Source: Malassezia furfur
Taxonomy: Eukaryota
Assembly: GCA_052055015.1 (NCBI GenBank)
Contig: JBQJIT010000054.1
Length of the DNA stretch: 40,166 nucleotides
Strand: one strand, 5' to 3'
The notes under the pieces are model-generated. The model searched no databases and was not told the DNA's origin. It saw nothing but the letters and a program-made list of their open reading frames with translations. The translations under genes and the position numbers were made by a program. Below, piece after piece: positions 39,503 through 40,166 of this stretch; the first letter of the stretch is position 1; each line of letters starts with the position of its first letter.

Positions 39503-40166
39503 TCAATCACGGGGAATCATGTGGATCTAACGGTTAGCCACCCCTCAATACATACCTTAACTCGCCTTGGCGTACTTGCCAACGCCCAAGGATCCGTCGC
39601 ATTCGTCAACGGATCCAGCGGTTGGCCCGGCTCATCTTCCGACAAAGCAAAATGGTGGATAATTGCTGCCACTAGCAATGACAACTGCTTCTGCGCAACA
39701 AACTGCCCCGGACAATTACGCCTTCCCAATCCAAAAGCATAATGCGTCTTATTCTTGTGATCTTCTCCCAGGAATCGGTATGGGTCAAATTCCTCTGCAC
39801 GCTCCCATGCATCTGGGTCCCTGTTGAGCGACCAGGAGTTCATGATAAGCATAGTTCCTTCTGGGATGTATGAGTTGCCAATACGGATTGGCTGGTGCGT
39901 AACTCTTGGCAGAGACAACCGATTCACGGTAAAGTACCGCAACGACTCCTTCACGATTGATTCTAACAGCTCCGGAGGTTCGGCATCGTCCTCTTTCAGC
40001 GGTGTGTAATGCGCATCGACCATAGCCTGCCGAATTTCTGCTTGCAGTTCGGGGTGCTGCGCAAGGTACAACAGTAGCCAGTACACACTCCACGTTATTG
40101 CATCCAAGCCTGCACTCAGCAGGGACACCAGCACTGAGCTCCGATCGACTCTTGCAAGTTCGTACC
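39503..40166 (-). CDS. Cytochrome P450, C-terminal part (possibly CYP504/phenylacetate-hydroxylase-like); 5' end outside the window
   Basis: I-helix LLSAGLDA, KESLR (ExxR), FDPYRF, heme motif FGLGRRNCPG. A 29-nt intron at 39555-39527 (GTATGT...GCTAAC...TAG) gives the typical C-terminus PRRVK|IHMIPRD*. Confidence 0.9.

Noticed and set aside
39517..39555. ORF-track C-terminus of the P450 (VCIEGWLTVRST)
   Set aside because: It reads through a 29-nt intron with a strong donor, GCTAAC branch point and TAG acceptor. The spliced end IHMIPRD* fits the P450 consensus better.

Overview
Eukaryotic, fungal DNA. Extreme gene compaction, 22-37 nt spliceosomal introns and the gene content point to a basidiomycete yeast, most likely Malassezia-like (inference). 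The first ~8.3 kb is very GC-rich and holds housekeeping genes: choline/ethanolamine kinase (partial, missed by the ORF track), an Asteroid/XPG-like PIN protein, a PARP-type zinc-finger protein, PML1/SNIP1 and tRNA ligase TRL1. GC then falls into an accessory-looking nutrient-scavenging and detoxification region: four Dal5-like MFS permeases, two SAM methyltransferases, a multicopper oxidase, a secreted phospholipase C, an aldo-keto reductase, an agmatinase plus APC permease, an ATO/Ady2 transporter, a DHA1 pump, a chitin deacetylase, an arylamine N-acetyltransferase and a P450. The standout is a four-gene cluster at 17.5-23.9 kb: PhnZ-like HD oxygenase, Git1/Pho84-like MFS transporter, Zn2Cys6 regulator and PhnY-like Fe/2OG dioxygenase. 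It looks like a complete fungal phosphonate (C-P bond) catabolism module. Both enzyme promoters carry tandem CGG-N8-CCG sites followed by a CACGTG box. Three accessory genes, two of them in this cluster, contain single in-frame stop codons. No RNA genes, transposons or CRISPR arrays were recognised.
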